Shown here piece after piece: positions 34,283-44,579 of a stretch of DNA of 64,000 nt (its first letter is position 1; each line of letters starts with the position of its first letter). The DNA lies in the NCBI GenBank assembly GCA_013374835.1, contig CP055307.1:146622-210621 (forward strand), in the 5' to 3' direction. Position numbers and translations under genes: made by a program. The notes under the pieces are model-generated. The model did no database searches. It was not told the DNA's origin and saw only the letters and a list, made by a program, of their open reading frames with translations. This DNA is from Candidatus Woesebacteria bacterium (lineage in GTDB: Bacteria; Patescibacteriota; Microgenomatia; UBA8517).

Positions 34283-35287
34283 ATGAATAAAACGAGAGTA
34301 CTTGCTGGTATGAGATCAAGCGGCAGGCTTCATTTAGGCAACTATTTAGGCGCGGCCAAAGGTATGATTGCACTTCAAAACAAGAATAATAACGAGTGTT
34401 TCTATATGGTTGCTGATCTTCATACTATGACCACACCCTTTGATAAAAAGACCATAAGAGCTCAAAGCATAGACGTGATTCTAGATTACCTTGCAGCAGG
34501 CCTGGATCCGAACAAATCAACTATTTTCATCCAATCGGAAGTCCCTGAGCACATAGAGCTCTCCTTTTATTTTTCAACTGTCGTTTCATTGGCAAAGATG
34601 ACGCACCTACCTACGTTTAAAGAAAAGGTGCGCGAAAATCCGGATTTCGTATCCATAGCGCTTGTTAATTACCCCGTCCTTATGGCAGCGGATATTCTAA
34701 TTTATAAAGCGGAACTAGTGCCTGTCGGTATTGACCAAGAACCCCATCTTGAAGTAGCACGCGACATAGCCAAAAAGATGAATGGGACTTTTGGTACAAA
34801 TTTCCCCGAGCCCAAAAGATTTACCACAAAAGGCGAATATATCCCCAGCCTGACCGGTGAGGGTAAAATGAGCAAATCAATAGAAGGTAGTTATATCCTC
34901 CTGACAGATAATTACGAACAAATTAAAAGTCGTTTGGCAAAAGTGCCTACAGATAGCGGAAGAGGAAACAAGATTCCTGAAAGTGGTGGAGTGGCGGTTC
35001 TTTTTAAAGCTGTCGAAATTTTTGAAGGTAAAGAAAAAGCTGAAGAATATAAAAAAGCATATCTTGGTAAAGGGATTCAATATAAAAATCTTAAAGAAAA
35101 TCTCGCCAAAGCAATCTATTCTGAGCTCAAGCCAATTCAAGAGAAAAGAAAAAAACTGGAAAAAAATACAGATTATGTTGAACAAATTTTAGTTAGCGGT
35201 GCCCAAAAAGCACGTACCGAAGCACAAAAAACCATCTCGGAAGTACGGTCCAAACTGGGTCTAAATCCTTCTGGTGTTTTATCATGA
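34283..35287 (+). CDS. trpS: Tryptophanyl-tRNA synthetase.
   Basis: HLGN (HIGH-type) and KMSKS motifs; class I Trp/Tyr-RS size (334 aa). Confidence 0.9.
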   Translation: MNKTRVLAGMRSSGRLHLGNYLGAAKGMIALQNKNNNECFYMVADLHTMTTPFDKKTIRAQSIDVILDYLAAGLDPNKSTIFIQSEVPEHIELSFYFSTVVSLAKMTHLPTFKEKVRENPDFVSIALVNYPVLMAADILIYKAELVPVGIDQEPHLEVARDIAKKMNGTFGTNFPEPKRFTTKGEYIPSLTGEGKMSKSIEGSYILLTDNYEQIKSRLAKVPTDSGRGNKIPESGGVAVLFKAVEIFEGKEKAEEYKKAYLGKGIQYKNLKENLAKAIYSELKPIQEKRKKLEKNTDYVEQILVSGAQKARTEAQKTISEVRSKLGLNPSGVLS

Positions 35288-35631
35288 TATCAATCAAAGA
35301 TTTTCAAAAACTGGATTTAAGGATCGGAACGGTAATCAAAGCAGAAGTGCCCTCCTGGAGCCATTGGGTAACCAAACTTACGGTTGATTTTGGACAAGAA
35401 GTGGGTAAAAAAACCATCTTTGCAGGAATAATGCATTTTTACAAACCGAAAGATTTGGAAAAAAAGCAGCTACCCTTCCTTATCAACATAGAGCCCAAAA
35501 AAATTGGCCCCGAAGGTGATTTTTCTGAAGGAATGCTCCTTGCGGCAACACACAAACTCAAAACCCCAATGGAAAAGCCGACCCTTCTTGTAGTAGAATC
35601 AAAAGTTCCAAACGGCACCAAAATTAGGTAA
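35284..35631 (+). CDS. tRNA-binding domain protein (EMAP/Myf/CsaA-like, PF01588).
   Basis: DLRIGTVIKAE motif of the OB-fold tRNA-binding domain. It overlaps trpS by 4 nt. Confidence 0.75.
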   Translation: MISIKDFQKLDLRIGTVIKAEVPSWSHWVTKLTVDFGQEVGKKTIFAGIMHFYKPKDLEKKQLPFLINIEPKKIGPEGDFSEGMLLAATHKLKTPMEKPTLLVVESKVPNGTKIR

Positions 35632-35681
35632 ATAAAAGATTGGCAATCCGAGAATCTGAGTGATATAATCCCTCATAGCTT

Positions 35682-37517
35682 ATGAAAAATAAAAAGAAAG
35701 TCGAGCTTAAATTCAAATTCAATCTGGGCAAAATAATAATTGTCGCACTTTTAATTCTTTTTATCGCACCCTTTTTCCTTGCACTGCTTCAAGAAGGGAT
35801 AGACCAGGGTAAAATCGACGTCTCTCAAGGCTTAAGCGATATCAAAAACGGTCTTATTGAAGAAGTCGAAGTCGAAGATGAAAGATTAACTTTCAAATAC
35901 AAAAACGAAGATGTAAAAATAGCCATAAAAGAAAGCGGGATAAGCTTTCCTGAGCTTCTTGAAGCCTATCAGATTGATCCGGCTACGATAAGTTATCGCG
36001 TCGTAGATAACACTCTGATTCGTCTGGTAGGGGAAATTGCAAGCATCCTGCTTCCTTTAATCTTAATGGCTGCCTTTTTTTATTTTTTAATAAAAATGCA
36101 AAGCCGTGGAGCCCAGGATATTTTTTCGTTTGGTCGAAGTAAGGCGAGACTGTTTGCAAAAGGAAAACAATCGGTTAATTTCGCCGATGTAGCAGGAGTT
36201 GATGATGCTAAAAAAGAGCTGGAGGAAGTAGTGGATTTTCTAAAAAATCCTGTTAAATATAGAAAAATAGGCGCAAGAACGCCAAAGGGTGTGATTCTGG
36301 TTGGCCCTGCGGGTGTCGGTAAAACCCTTCTTGCAAAAGCAGTTGCAGGAGAAGCCGGAGTCCCGTTTTTTTCAATGGCTGGATCCGAGTTTATGGAAAT
36401 GCTCGTTGGAGTAGGTGCAAGCCGTGTCCGCGACCTTTTTGCAAACGCAAAGGCAGCAGCCCCGTCAATAATTTTTATAGATGAAATAGATGCAATAGGT
36501 CGCCAGAGAGGAAGGGGAATCATGGGAGGTCACGACGAGCGCGAGCAGACGCTAAACCAAATTCTCGTTGAAATGGATGGATTCACACCCAACGACAATG
36601 TTATCGTTCTAGCAGCCACAAATAGGGGAGATCTTTTAGATCCGGCACTACTAAGACCCGGTAGGTTTGACAGAAGGGTATTGCTAGATATGCCGGATAA
36701 AGAAGGAAGAGTGGCTATTCTTAAAATTCATGCCAAAGGTAAAAAGTTCAAAAAATCTATAGATTGGGAAAAAGTTGCAGACAGAACAGTGGGCTTTTCA
36801 GGAGCCGATCTAGAAAACATGCTTAACGAAGCAGCAATTCTTGCAGCAAGAGAGGACAAAAAAGAAATAGCTCTCGAAGACATAGAGGAAGCGGCAACTA
36901 AAGTAAAGCTCGGTCCTGCCAAAAAGAGACTTCAGTCAGAAGAGGATAGGAAAATTACGGCGTATCACGAGGGAGGACACGCAATTACAGCTCATTTTCT
37001 TGAAAAGACAGATCCGGTCCAAAGAGTATCTATTGTCGCAAGAGGAGCAAGTCTTGGCCACACTTTTATTCCGCCGGCAGCGGACAGGACACACGAGACC
37101 CGTTCTCGACTAAAAGAGCAAATAACCGCAATGCTTGGTGGACGGGCTGCGGAAGAGCTAATTTTTGGTGAAATGACGGCCGGAGCGGCAAACGATATAG
37201 AAAAAGCTACCGAGCTCGCACGCGCCATGGTGATAGAACTCGGCATGAGCTCCCTTGGTCCTATTAATTTTTCGACCCAGCTTGACGAAGAGTCTCAAAA
37301 AAGATTATTTATGGGAGAAAATGTAGTCTCCGAAGATACTCAAAAACAAATAGACAAAGAAATTAGATTACTTATGAACCAAGCATATAAAAAAGCCCTT
37401 GAAATAATTAAGAAAAACAAAAAGACTCTCGACATTATTGCAAAAGAGCTTCTGGAAAAAGAAACCCTATCTCGCGAAGAGTTTGAGCGCATAGTTGGCA
37501 GAAAAAAAAGATTATGA
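35682..37517 (+). CDS. ftsH: ATP-dependent zinc metalloprotease FtsH.
   Basis: AAA module [23 protein letters not shown] and the zinc site HEGGHA. Confidence 0.95.
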   Translation: MKNKKKVELKFKFNLGKIIIVALLILFIAPFFLALLQEGIDQGKIDVSQGLSDIKNGLIEEVEVEDERLTFKYKNEDVKIAIKESGISFPELLEAYQIDPATISYRVVDNTLIRLVGEIASILLPLILMAAFFYFLIKMQSRGAQDIFSFGRSKARLFAKGKQSVNFADVAGVDDAKKELEEVVDFLKNPVKYRKIGARTPKGVILVGPAGVGKTLLAKAVAGEAGVPFFSMAGSEFMEMLVGVGASRVRDLFANAKAAAPSIIFIDEIDAIGRQRGRGIMGGHDEREQTLNQILVEMDGFTPNDNVIVLAATNRGDLLDPALLRPGRFDRRVLLDMPDKEGRVAILKIHAKGKKFKKSIDWEKVADRTVGFSGADLENMLNEAAILAAREDKKEIALEDIEEAATKVKLGPAKKRLQSEEDRKITAYHEGGHAITAHFLEKTDPVQRVSIVARGASLGHTFIPPAADRTHETRSRLKEQITAMLGGRAAEELIFGEMTAGAANDIEKATELARAMVIELGMSSLGPINFSTQLDEESQKRLFMGENVVSEDTQKQIDKEIRLLMNQAYKKALEIIKKNKKTLDIIAKELLEKETLSREEFERIVGRKKRL

Positions 37518-38440
37518 AAAAGCTCGTGCTTATAGATGGAAATGCGATTATGCATAGAGCATTCCACGCGCTTCCGCCGCTAACTACCCCCAAAAACGAA
37601 CCCATTGGAGCGGTCTATGGCTTTACATCAATGCTTCTGAAGGTAATCGAAGACCTAAACCCCGATTATATTTTCGTTTGTTTTGATAGAAAAGAACCGA
37701 CATTTAGAAAAAAACTTAGCAAAGATTATCAGGCTCATCGCCCCGAAACAGACACAAATTTGATACCTCAATTTACAAAGGTAAAACATCTTCTCAAAGC
37801 TTTAAATATTCCCGTTTACGAAAAAAAAGGGTTCGAAGCAGACGACCTTATCGGCACCATTTCCCACTCCGTTATTAGTCATCGATCATTAGCCATCAGT
37901 CATCAGTTAATCGATGAGGTTATAGTTGTCACCGGCGACCGCGACCTTCTTCAGCTTGTGAACGATAAAGTTAAAGTTTATCTCCCCATAAAGGGATTGT
38001 CACAAGCAAAGCTGATGGATAAAAAAGATGTGTTTAAGATGTTTGGGGTTACCCCCAAACAAGTTGTTGATTATAAAGCCTTGATCGGAGACCAGTCGGA
38101 CAACTACAAAGGAGTAGGTGGCATAGGCCCGAAAATAGCCTCAAATCTACTTCAAAAATACAACTCGCTGGAAAATATTTATGAACATTTAGATGAATTA
38201 CCAAAAGGTATTAAACAAAAGCTTAAAAAAGATAAAAATTCGGCATTGCTTTCCCAAAAACTTGCGCAAATTGTGAATGATGTACCAATCAAAATAAAAA
38301 AATTCCAAAAATGGGATCCATGTTCTTCCGATGTTAAAAAAATCCTAGACGAATTTGGTTTTAAAACGCTTGAGCAAAGAATATCAAAACTGTCAAAAAA
38401 GCAAATCTCAGAAAATCAAAAAAAACTTTTTAATATCTAA
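37514..38440 (+). CDS. Stand-alone 5'-3' exonuclease (Pol I N-terminal / FEN-like nuclease domain + H3TH).
   Basis: LIDGNAIMHRAFHALPP, GFEADDLIGT and TGDRDLLQLV. It is 308 aa with no polymerase domain. Confidence 0.85.
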   Translation: MKKLVLIDGNAIMHRAFHALPPLTTPKNEPIGAVYGFTSMLLKVIEDLNPDYIFVCFDRKEPTFRKKLSKDYQAHRPETDTNLIPQFTKVKHLLKALNIPVYEKKGFEADDLIGTISHSVISHRSLAISHQLIDEVIVVTGDRDLLQLVNDKVKVYLPIKGLSQAKLMDKKDVFKMFGVTPKQVVDYKALIGDQSDNYKGVGGIGPKIASNLLQKYNSLENIYEHLDELPKGIKQKLKKDKNSALLSQKLAQIVNDVPIKIKKFQKWDPCSSDVKKILDEFGFKTLEQRISKLSKKQISENQKKLFNI

Positions 38441-39559
38441 ATGAAAGTTGCTCTTGTCCACGATTATCTTAATGAATTCGGGGGGGCAGAGCGTGTTTTG
38501 CTGGCAATAAGCGAAATTTATCCCAATGCCCCCATCTATACAATTTACGCCAAAAAGGATTCACCGGCCGTTAAGCAAATGGGTAATGTAACCATCAAAG
38601 AGTCTTGGTTTTCTTATCTTCCTTTTGCTCATAAAATTATCTCCCCTCTTCGCTTTTTAATACCTCTTATTTGGTCTTCGTTTAATTTCAAATCCTATGA
38701 TTTGGTTATAACCTCCGCCTCCTGGGCCGTCACCAAGGGCATGCGTGGCGCCAAGAGAGAAATCTGTTATCTTCATTCTCCTCCTCGTTATCTTTATGGT
38801 TACGACACCTCTAGAAATTGGCAGGGCAAATGGTTCAGTGGAGCAATCAAGGCCTACGCTCTTGTCGTTAATCACTTCATGCGTATATACGACTTTAAAC
38901 AGGCGCAAAAAGTTTCTTACTTTATCGCCAATTCACAAAACGTTGCCAAACGAATTGAAAAATTCTACCGCCGTACTGATTACAAAGTAATTTACCCCCC
39001 AGTAGATGTTAGTAAATTTAAACATAAGCCAATTATAAGTCATAAGTCAGATTACTATCTAACTGGAGGTCGCATGACTGCTGCTAAAAATTTTGATTTA
39101 ATTATCAAAGCTTGTAAAAAGATCCGTGTTAATCTTAAAATCTTCGGCACTGGAGTAGAGGAGAAAAATCTTAAGAAGCTTTCAAAAAAACACCCACCCG
39201 CCGATAGTAAGGTTGAATTTTTAGGAAATATTTCGGATTCTGATTTAATTAATTACTATAAAAACGCACGTGCATTTATCGTCGCGCAAAAAGACGAAGA
39301 TTTTGGCATCACCCCCATAGAAGCCGCCGCCGCTTGTTGCCCGACTATTGCTTATCGTGGCGGTGGGTATCTTGAATCCGTAATCGAAAACAAAACGGGT
39401 ATTTTCTTCGATGAACTGACTGTAGACTCCTTAGTTAAAGCAATTGAACGATTAAACAGGACAACAATCAAACCGTCAGTTCTTGTTAGCCATGCCCGAA
39501 AATTTAGTAAAGAAAGATTTCAAAAAGAATTCATTAAATTTATTAATTCAAATGCCTGA
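38441..39559 (+). CDS. GT4-family glycosyltransferase.
   Basis: N-terminal MKVALVHDYLNEFGGAERV and the C-terminal GT4 EX7E region (GITPIEAAAACCPTIAY). Confidence 0.8.
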   Translation: MKVALVHDYLNEFGGAERVLLAISEIYPNAPIYTIYAKKDSPAVKQMGNVTIKESWFSYLPFAHKIISPLRFLIPLIWSSFNFKSYDLVITSASWAVTKGMRGAKREICYLHSPPRYLYGYDTSRNWQGKWFSGAIKAYALVVNHFMRIYDFKQAQKVSYFIANSQNVAKRIEKFYRRTDYKVIYPPVDVSKFKHKPIISHKSDYYLTGGRMTAAKNFDLIIKACKKIRVNLKIFGTGVEEKNLKKLSKKHPPADSKVEFLGNISDSDLINYYKNARAFIVAQKDEDFGITPIEAAAACCPTIAYRGGGYLESVIENKTGIFFDELTVDSLVKAIERLNRTTIKPSVLVSHARKFSKERFQKEFIKFINSNA

Positions 39560-40400
39560 GCTACCTGAAGTAGAAAATATAAGAATTGGCCTTGAAAAAT
39601 ATCTAGAAGGCCATAGTATCAAAAGAATTAAGGTTCTAAATCGCCGCATATTTCAAGGAGATGAAAAAAAATTAATAGATACAAAATTTGAATCAGCCGA
39701 GAGATTTGGAAAAATGATAGCGATTAATTTTAATAACGGCTTTTCACTTCTGACTCACGTCAAACTCACAGGACAGTTTATCTATCGTGGTCCAAACCTT
39801 CCCAAACCGCCGAAACTTTCCAGAAAAGTGGTTGGGGGTCTTGGGGGAAAGCATACTCACGTTATTTTTCATCTAAGCCAAGGCGGTGTGCTGTACTACA
39901 ATGATATAAGAAAATTTGGCTGGATTAAGTTAGTTGAGACTAAAAAGATAAAAAACGAATCAGTTTCAAAATTAGGTCCTGAGCCTTTAAAGGATCTTAC
40001 ACTTAATCTTTTTACTAAAATCATTTCTTCTTCAAAGCGACCTGTAAAAGCGGTTCTTATGGATCAATCAAAAATAAGCGGTGTAGGTAATATCTATGCA
40101 AATGATGCTCTTTGGCTTTCACAAATAGTGCCAACTCGTCCATCTCAAAGTCTTTCAGGAGAAGAGATAAAAACTCTTTACAAGGCAATTAAAAAAGTTT
40201 TAAGAAAAGGATTAAAGCAGGGTGGAGCAAGCGAGCTGGCATTTGTCACACCTGATGGAGCAGAGGGAAAGTACCAAGATCATACCTTGGTTTATGGTCG
40301 GGAAGGCGAGCTTTGCATTAGATGCAAAAAGGCTAAAATAAAAAAAATATTTCTCTCAGGTCGCGGTACATACTTTTGTCCAAATTGTCAACATGATTGA
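39552..40400 (+). CDS. mutM: Formamidopyrimidine-DNA glycosylase (Fpg/MutM).
   Basis: N-terminal MPELPEVE with the catalytic Pro2, and a C-terminal zinc finger CIRCK...CPNCQ. Confidence 0.9.
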   Translation: MPELPEVENIRIGLEKYLEGHSIKRIKVLNRRIFQGDEKKLIDTKFESAERFGKMIAINFNNGFSLLTHVKLTGQFIYRGPNLPKPPKLSRKVVGGLGGKHTHVIFHLSQGGVLYYNDIRKFGWIKLVETKKIKNESVSKLGPEPLKDLTLNLFTKIISSSKRPVKAVLMDQSKISGVGNIYANDALWLSQIVPTRPSQSLSGEEIKTLYKAIKKVLRKGLKQGGASELAFVTPDGAEGKYQDHTLVYGREGELCIRCKKAKIKKIFLSGRGTYFCPNCQHD

Positions 40401-41457
40401 GCAAATAACCCTTACCGATTTTAGGAATTTTAAAAAAAAAGCTTTTAGCTTTTCTCCTCAAATAACTGTATTAATAGGACCAAACGCAGCAGGTAAAACA
40501 AACATTCTCGAGTCAATTTATCTTCTTTCAACTGGGAAATCCTTCAGAGCAAAAGTAGAAGAAGAAATGATAAATTACGAAAAAGAAATTGCACGCGTCA
40601 AAGGTAAAATACTAAAAGACGAAGAAGTTAAAAATATAGAAATAGCGTTAACCAGAGGACAAATCTCTCTTAGCGCTACACGAATCGAAAAAGTAGCGAG
40701 AAAAAGACTGCTAATAGATGGTTCTGGTAAACGTCTTGTCGATTTCGCCGGTCAGTTAAAAGCGGTTTTATTTACTCCTGCCGATCTTGATCTGGTTACC
40801 CAGTCCCCAAGCACAAGGCGCCGTTTTCTTGATTTTGTTATTTCTCAAGTGGACCGAGAATATCGTCGTTCAATCCTTTCATACGAAAAAGGCCTCCGTC
40901 AAAGAAATCGACTTCTCCTAAGAATCCGTGAGCAAGGGATCTCACGCTCCTACCTCCATTTCTGGGACAGACTTCTAATAAAAAACGGAGATTATATAGC
41001 AAAAGCGCGTCAAAATTTTATCGAATTTGTTAATTCAACACCTGATTTTAACGGTCAGGATTTTAGCTTGGAGTACGATAGAAGCGCAATTTCTGAGTCT
41101 CGTCTTAATGAATATAAAGAAGAAGAGGTGGCAGCGGCAACAACCCTTGTAGGTCCACATAGGGACGACTTTTGTATAAAACTCAAAAAAAACGGACAAC
41201 CTAGAGAGCTTGCCAGATTCGGCTCCCGTGGAGAATCAAGAATGGGTGTTCTCTGGCTCAAGCTTGCAGAGCTTGCCTTTATAAAAAAGCAAACAGGAGA
41301 AAAGCCCACTCTTTTGCTTGATGATATATTCTCGGAGCTAGACAGCAAACATAAGGAAATAGTTATAAATTTAGCCCACGCCCAGCAAACAATTATAACA
41401 ACCACAGATCTAAACTTTTCTAAAGAAAAGAGTATTGAAATAGTATTCTTAAAGTAA
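40393..41457 (+). CDS. recF: DNA replication and repair protein RecF.
   Basis: Walker A GPNAAGKTNILESIYLLSTGKSFR; SMC-like signature and LLLDDIFSELD. Confidence 0.9.
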   Translation: MIEQITLTDFRNFKKKAFSFSPQITVLIGPNAAGKTNILESIYLLSTGKSFRAKVEEEMINYEKEIARVKGKILKDEEVKNIEIALTRGQISLSATRIEKVARKRLLIDGSGKRLVDFAGQLKAVLFTPADLDLVTQSPSTRRRFLDFVISQVDREYRRSILSYEKGLRQRNRLLLRIREQGISRSYLHFWDRLLIKNGDYIAKARQNFIEFVNSTPDFNGQDFSLEYDRSAISESRLNEYKEEEVAAATTLVGPHRDDFCIKLKKNGQPRELARFGSRGESRMGVLWLKLAELAFIKKQTGEKPTLLLDDIFSELDSKHKEIVINLAHAQQTIITTTDLNFSKEKSIEIVFLK

Positions 41458-41469
41458 TATACTATAGGT

Positions 41470-41667
41470 ATGAAAGAAAGATCAAATAAAGAGCAGAACC
41501 CTCTGATTCAGCAACCACTTTTTGAGCTGGATGAAGATGGAAATATTATTGTTCCTTGGGCAGTTGAGACGAGTAGGTCACCTTTTTATACTCCCAAGGA
41601 AATTGAAGATCTTTTTGCACCCGATGATAGTTGTGATATTGATTGGGTAACCAAAAAATGGGGATAA
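41470..41667 (+). CDS. Small hypothetical protein (65 aa).
   Basis: ORF only. Confidence 0.3.
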   Translation: MKERSNKEQNPLIQQPLFELDEDGNIIVPWAVETSRSPFYTPKEIEDLFAPDDSCDIDWVTKKWG

Positions 41668-41671
41668 TTTT

Positions 41672-41938
41672 TTAATCTTTTTTTACAAATTTTGTCAAAT
41701 TATAAGTTACTAGTACAGCGAGCGCGGTAACAATAACAGCATAAATAAATAAAGATATGATCCCCGACGATTTGCCGGCAATGGGCTCAATATAAGCTCT
41801 TACAAGCTCTTTTATCAGTTCATTCCAAGAAAGAGCTGCCACAAGTCCAAAAGCGTTTGTAGAAAGCCTGAGCATTTCGTTAAGCATCTCCTGCCTGATA
41901 TTTTTTGCCTTTATATCACCCCTTTTGATCTTTGCCAT
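41672..41938 (-). CDS. Small membrane protein (88 aa, C-terminal TM).
   Basis: Hydrophobic SGIISLFIYAVIVTALAVLVTY. Confidence 0.4.
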   Translation of the reverse strand: MAKIKRGDIKAKNIRQEMLNEMLRLSTNAFGLVAALSWNELIKELVRAYIEPIAGKSSGIISLFIYAVIVTALAVLVTYNLTKFVKKD

Positions 41939-41952
41939 ATATTTATTATAGC

Positions 41953-42336
41953 TTAAATTTTATCGTCTGAACTAAAAACATAGATAGACTCAACGTATAA
42001 AAGATTAAGCCCACTGTCGTATTTGACTTTTACATTCTCAAATTTGCCCTTGTGTTTATTGGCCAGCAGGTTGCAGTATATTAAAAATTCGGCTAAAGCA
42101 TCCGAATCATCGCTTATCCCTCTTATTGATATGTAATATTTAAAAGCCGATTGAACATCGCATCTGTATGCCTCCCAAAAGTTTTTGCGAAAGTTTTCCA
42201 TCCCTTGAATTGTAAGATTAACAAAAGAAAAAGAAATAGCAGGGTATCTAGGCAAACCATCCATGATCTCTCCCAAAAAACGCTCAGAATTAACTTCATG
42301 TGGCGGGTTTGATATTAATAGATCGAACTCTCTCAT
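41953..42336 (-). CDS. Hypothetical protein containing an isolated DLLISNPPH (N-methyltransferase motif IV-like) segment.
   Basis: FDLLISNPPHEV resembles an NPPY/F/H motif but I recognise no other MTase motifs. The start is set at the internal Met to avoid the nnr overlap. Confidence 0.35.
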   Translation of the reverse strand: MREFDLLISNPPHEVNSERFLGEIMDGLPRYPAISFSFVNLTIQGMENFRKNFWEAYRCDVQSAFKYYISIRGISDDSDALAEFLIYCNLLANKHKGKFENVKVKYDSGLNLLYVESIYVFSSDDKI

Positions 42337-42364
42337 TATTAATTTTTCCGATATAATATTATAT

Positions 42365-43243
42365 ATGTCTATGGAAGACTTTGACCCAAACTTGCTTAAA
42401 GAATTATACCACCCCAGCAAAAATTCAAGCGGAGAAGATAACGGTCAGATAGTAATTATAGGGGGGTCAAAGCTCTTCCACGGTGCACCCATTCTTTCTC
42501 TGAAAGCTGCCTCAAGAGTAGTCGATATGGTCTTTTTTGCCTCACCGGAAAAGAGTATAGAAAAAATTGCCGCGCGAATAAAATCCGAATTATCTTCATT
42601 TATTTGGATTCCTTGGGAAGAAGTGGAATTATACATAAAAAAATCAGACGTAGCGCTCATAGGCCCGGGGTTTATGCGCTATTCAGCTGAGAAAAATAAG
42701 TACCATGTCAAAAACGGGAATTGCGACGAAGCCTGCGTTTTAACAAGAGATATTACAAAGAGCCTTCTTTCAAAATTCTCAAACAAACGCTGGGTGATAG
42801 ATGCGGGCTCGCTACAATCAATGGAGGCAGAGTGGATCCCGCCCAACTCAATTATCACCCCAAACCGTAAAGAATTCGAAATGCTCTTTAAAGAAAATTT
42901 GGATTCCGATTATAAAGCATTGGTTACTAAATATTCAAGAAAGCACAATTGTACGATAGTTTTAAAAGGTCCAGAGACAATCGTCGCCTCTTCAGAAAAA
43001 GCCGTTATAGTAAAAGGGGGGAACGCAGGTCTTACAAAAGGAGGCACAGGAGATGTTCAAGCAGGTTTGACAGCAGCTTTTTATGCTAAAAACGACGCTT
43101 TTTTGTCAGCTGCGGCAGCATCCTATCTAGTTAAAAAAGCAGCCGAAAGCTTGTTCAAAAAAGTAGGGTTTCATTATAACGCCGACGACCTCGCCAATAG
43201 GATCCCGAAAGAATATAATAATATTCTTAAAATTACCGCATAA
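42365..43243 (+). CDS. nnr: ADP-dependent NAD(P)H-hydrate dehydratase (YjeF C-terminal / Nnr2 domain).
   Basis: IIGGSKLFHGAPILSLKAASR and GGTGDVQAGL. Confidence 0.85.
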   Translation: MSMEDFDPNLLKELYHPSKNSSGEDNGQIVIIGGSKLFHGAPILSLKAASRVVDMVFFASPEKSIEKIAARIKSELSSFIWIPWEEVELYIKKSDVALIGPGFMRYSAEKNKYHVKNGNCDEACVLTRDITKSLLSKFSNKRWVIDAGSLQSMEAEWIPPNSIITPNRKEFEMLFKENLDSDYKALVTKYSRKHNCTIVLKGPETIVASSEKAVIVKGGNAGLTKGGTGDVQAGLTAAFYAKNDAFLSAAAASYLVKKAAESLFKKVGFHYNADDLANRIPKEYNNILKITA

Positions 43244-43288
43244 TTTGCAGAAATTTGTGATATACTTAATTGTTATTATCCTTTCGGT

Positions 43289-44356
43289 ATGTACGAGCCT
43301 AGATATACTATTACAAATAAAATTCTAAAAGGAATAGGACAAATCGAAGCTGCAAAAGAAATAATTGAAGAAGCACCTTTAGTACCTGATTTTGAAAGAG
43401 AATTTAGGGGAGACGCAATAATTCGCCAGATTTACCATGGCACACACATAGAAGGAAACGATTTAACACTCACCCAAACCAAACAAATCCTCGAAGGAGA
43501 AGAAATCTATGCTAGAGATAGAGATATCCAAGAAGTTATAAATTACAGAAACGTTGTTAAGTTAATAGATATTCTAAGCCAAAAAAGAGGTGGGTACGAT
43601 TTAGATATGCTCCTTGAAATACACAAAGAAACAGTAAACAAAATCGTACCTGAAGAAAAATCCGGGCGTCTTAGAAACACACAGGTAATCATCCGCGAAG
43701 AAGGAACAGGTCGTGTAATTCTAAAACCTCCTCCTCCTCACGAAGTGCCGTATCTGCTTCGTGACTTTTTCGATTGGCTCAATTCGGATCCTGCACGGGA
43801 TATCCATACAATTTTAAGAGCGGGGATAGTCCATTACGTATTAGTAGCTATTCACCCTTTTGTTGAAGGTAACGGGCGCACAGCTCGCGCTTATGCAAAC
43901 CTTGTCATGTTAAAAGAAGGCTACGATATTAAAAAATTTTTTGCAATAGAAGAGCATTTTGATAGGGATCTTGCCGGTTATTATCACTCCTTTTTTGAGG
44001 TGGATAAACAGTCCCCCGATATATCTCAAAGGGAGCTAACCCCTTGGCTTGAATATTTTACCGAAGTCGTTGCCGTTGAGTTGACAAAAATAAAAGACAA
44101 GGTAAAAAGCTTATCAATTGATTCACGGCTTCGTCTTAAAATAGGCGAGCAGGTAGCGCTTTCGGCAAGGCAGGTTAAATTAATAGAATATCTGTCGGAG
44201 CACGGAGCTGCCGTAATGAAAGACCTTTCAAAAGTTTTGCCTATGGTATCGGAAGATACTATATTGCGGGATCTTAAAGATTTACAAGATAAGAATATAA
44301 TTGAAAAAGAAGGGAGCACAAAAGCAAGTAGATATGTAATCAAAACCAAAAGTTAA
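43289..44356 (+). CDS. Fic-family protein (AMPylase-type) with an N-terminal inhibitory IEGN helix and a C-terminal wHTH-like region.
   Basis: Fic motif HPFVEGNGRTAR; N-terminal GTHIEGNDLT resembles the [ST]xxIEGN inhibitory motif. Confidence 0.85.
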   Translation: MYEPRYTITNKILKGIGQIEAAKEIIEEAPLVPDFEREFRGDAIIRQIYHGTHIEGNDLTLTQTKQILEGEEIYARDRDIQEVINYRNVVKLIDILSQKRGGYDLDMLLEIHKETVNKIVPEEKSGRLRNTQVIIREEGTGRVILKPPPPHEVPYLLRDFFDWLNSDPARDIHTILRAGIVHYVLVAIHPFVEGNGRTARAYANLVMLKEGYDIKKFFAIEEHFDRDLAGYYHSFFEVDKQSPDISQRELTPWLEYFTEVVAVELTKIKDKVKSLSIDSRLRLKIGEQVALSARQVKLIEYLSEHGAAVMKDLSKVLPMVSEDTILRDLKDLQDKNIIEKEGSTKASRYVIKTKS

Positions 44357-44365
44357 AATGAAATA

Positions 44366-44566
44366 ATGTTACCAACAGATCCACAATTTTTATATATGGT
44401 ATTAATTCTGCCAAGCCTTTTTGGTCTGACTTTGGTTGGAGAGGGTCTAAATAAAATTGTCCACCACGAGTGGCATGGGTTAATAAGTTTATTTTTTGGA
44501 ATAGCATTTATAGGAGTTGTAATCTTTGCATATTTTTTCTTTTCCTCCTTCGTCTCAAATGTATAA
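44366..44566 (+). CDS. Small two-TM membrane protein.
   Basis: Hydrophobic 66-aa ORF. Confidence 0.35.
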   Translation: MLPTDPQFLYMVLILPSLFGLTLVGEGLNKIVHHEWHGLISLFFGIAFIGVVIFAYFFFSSFVSNV

Positions 44567-44579
44567 AGAAAATTAATCC

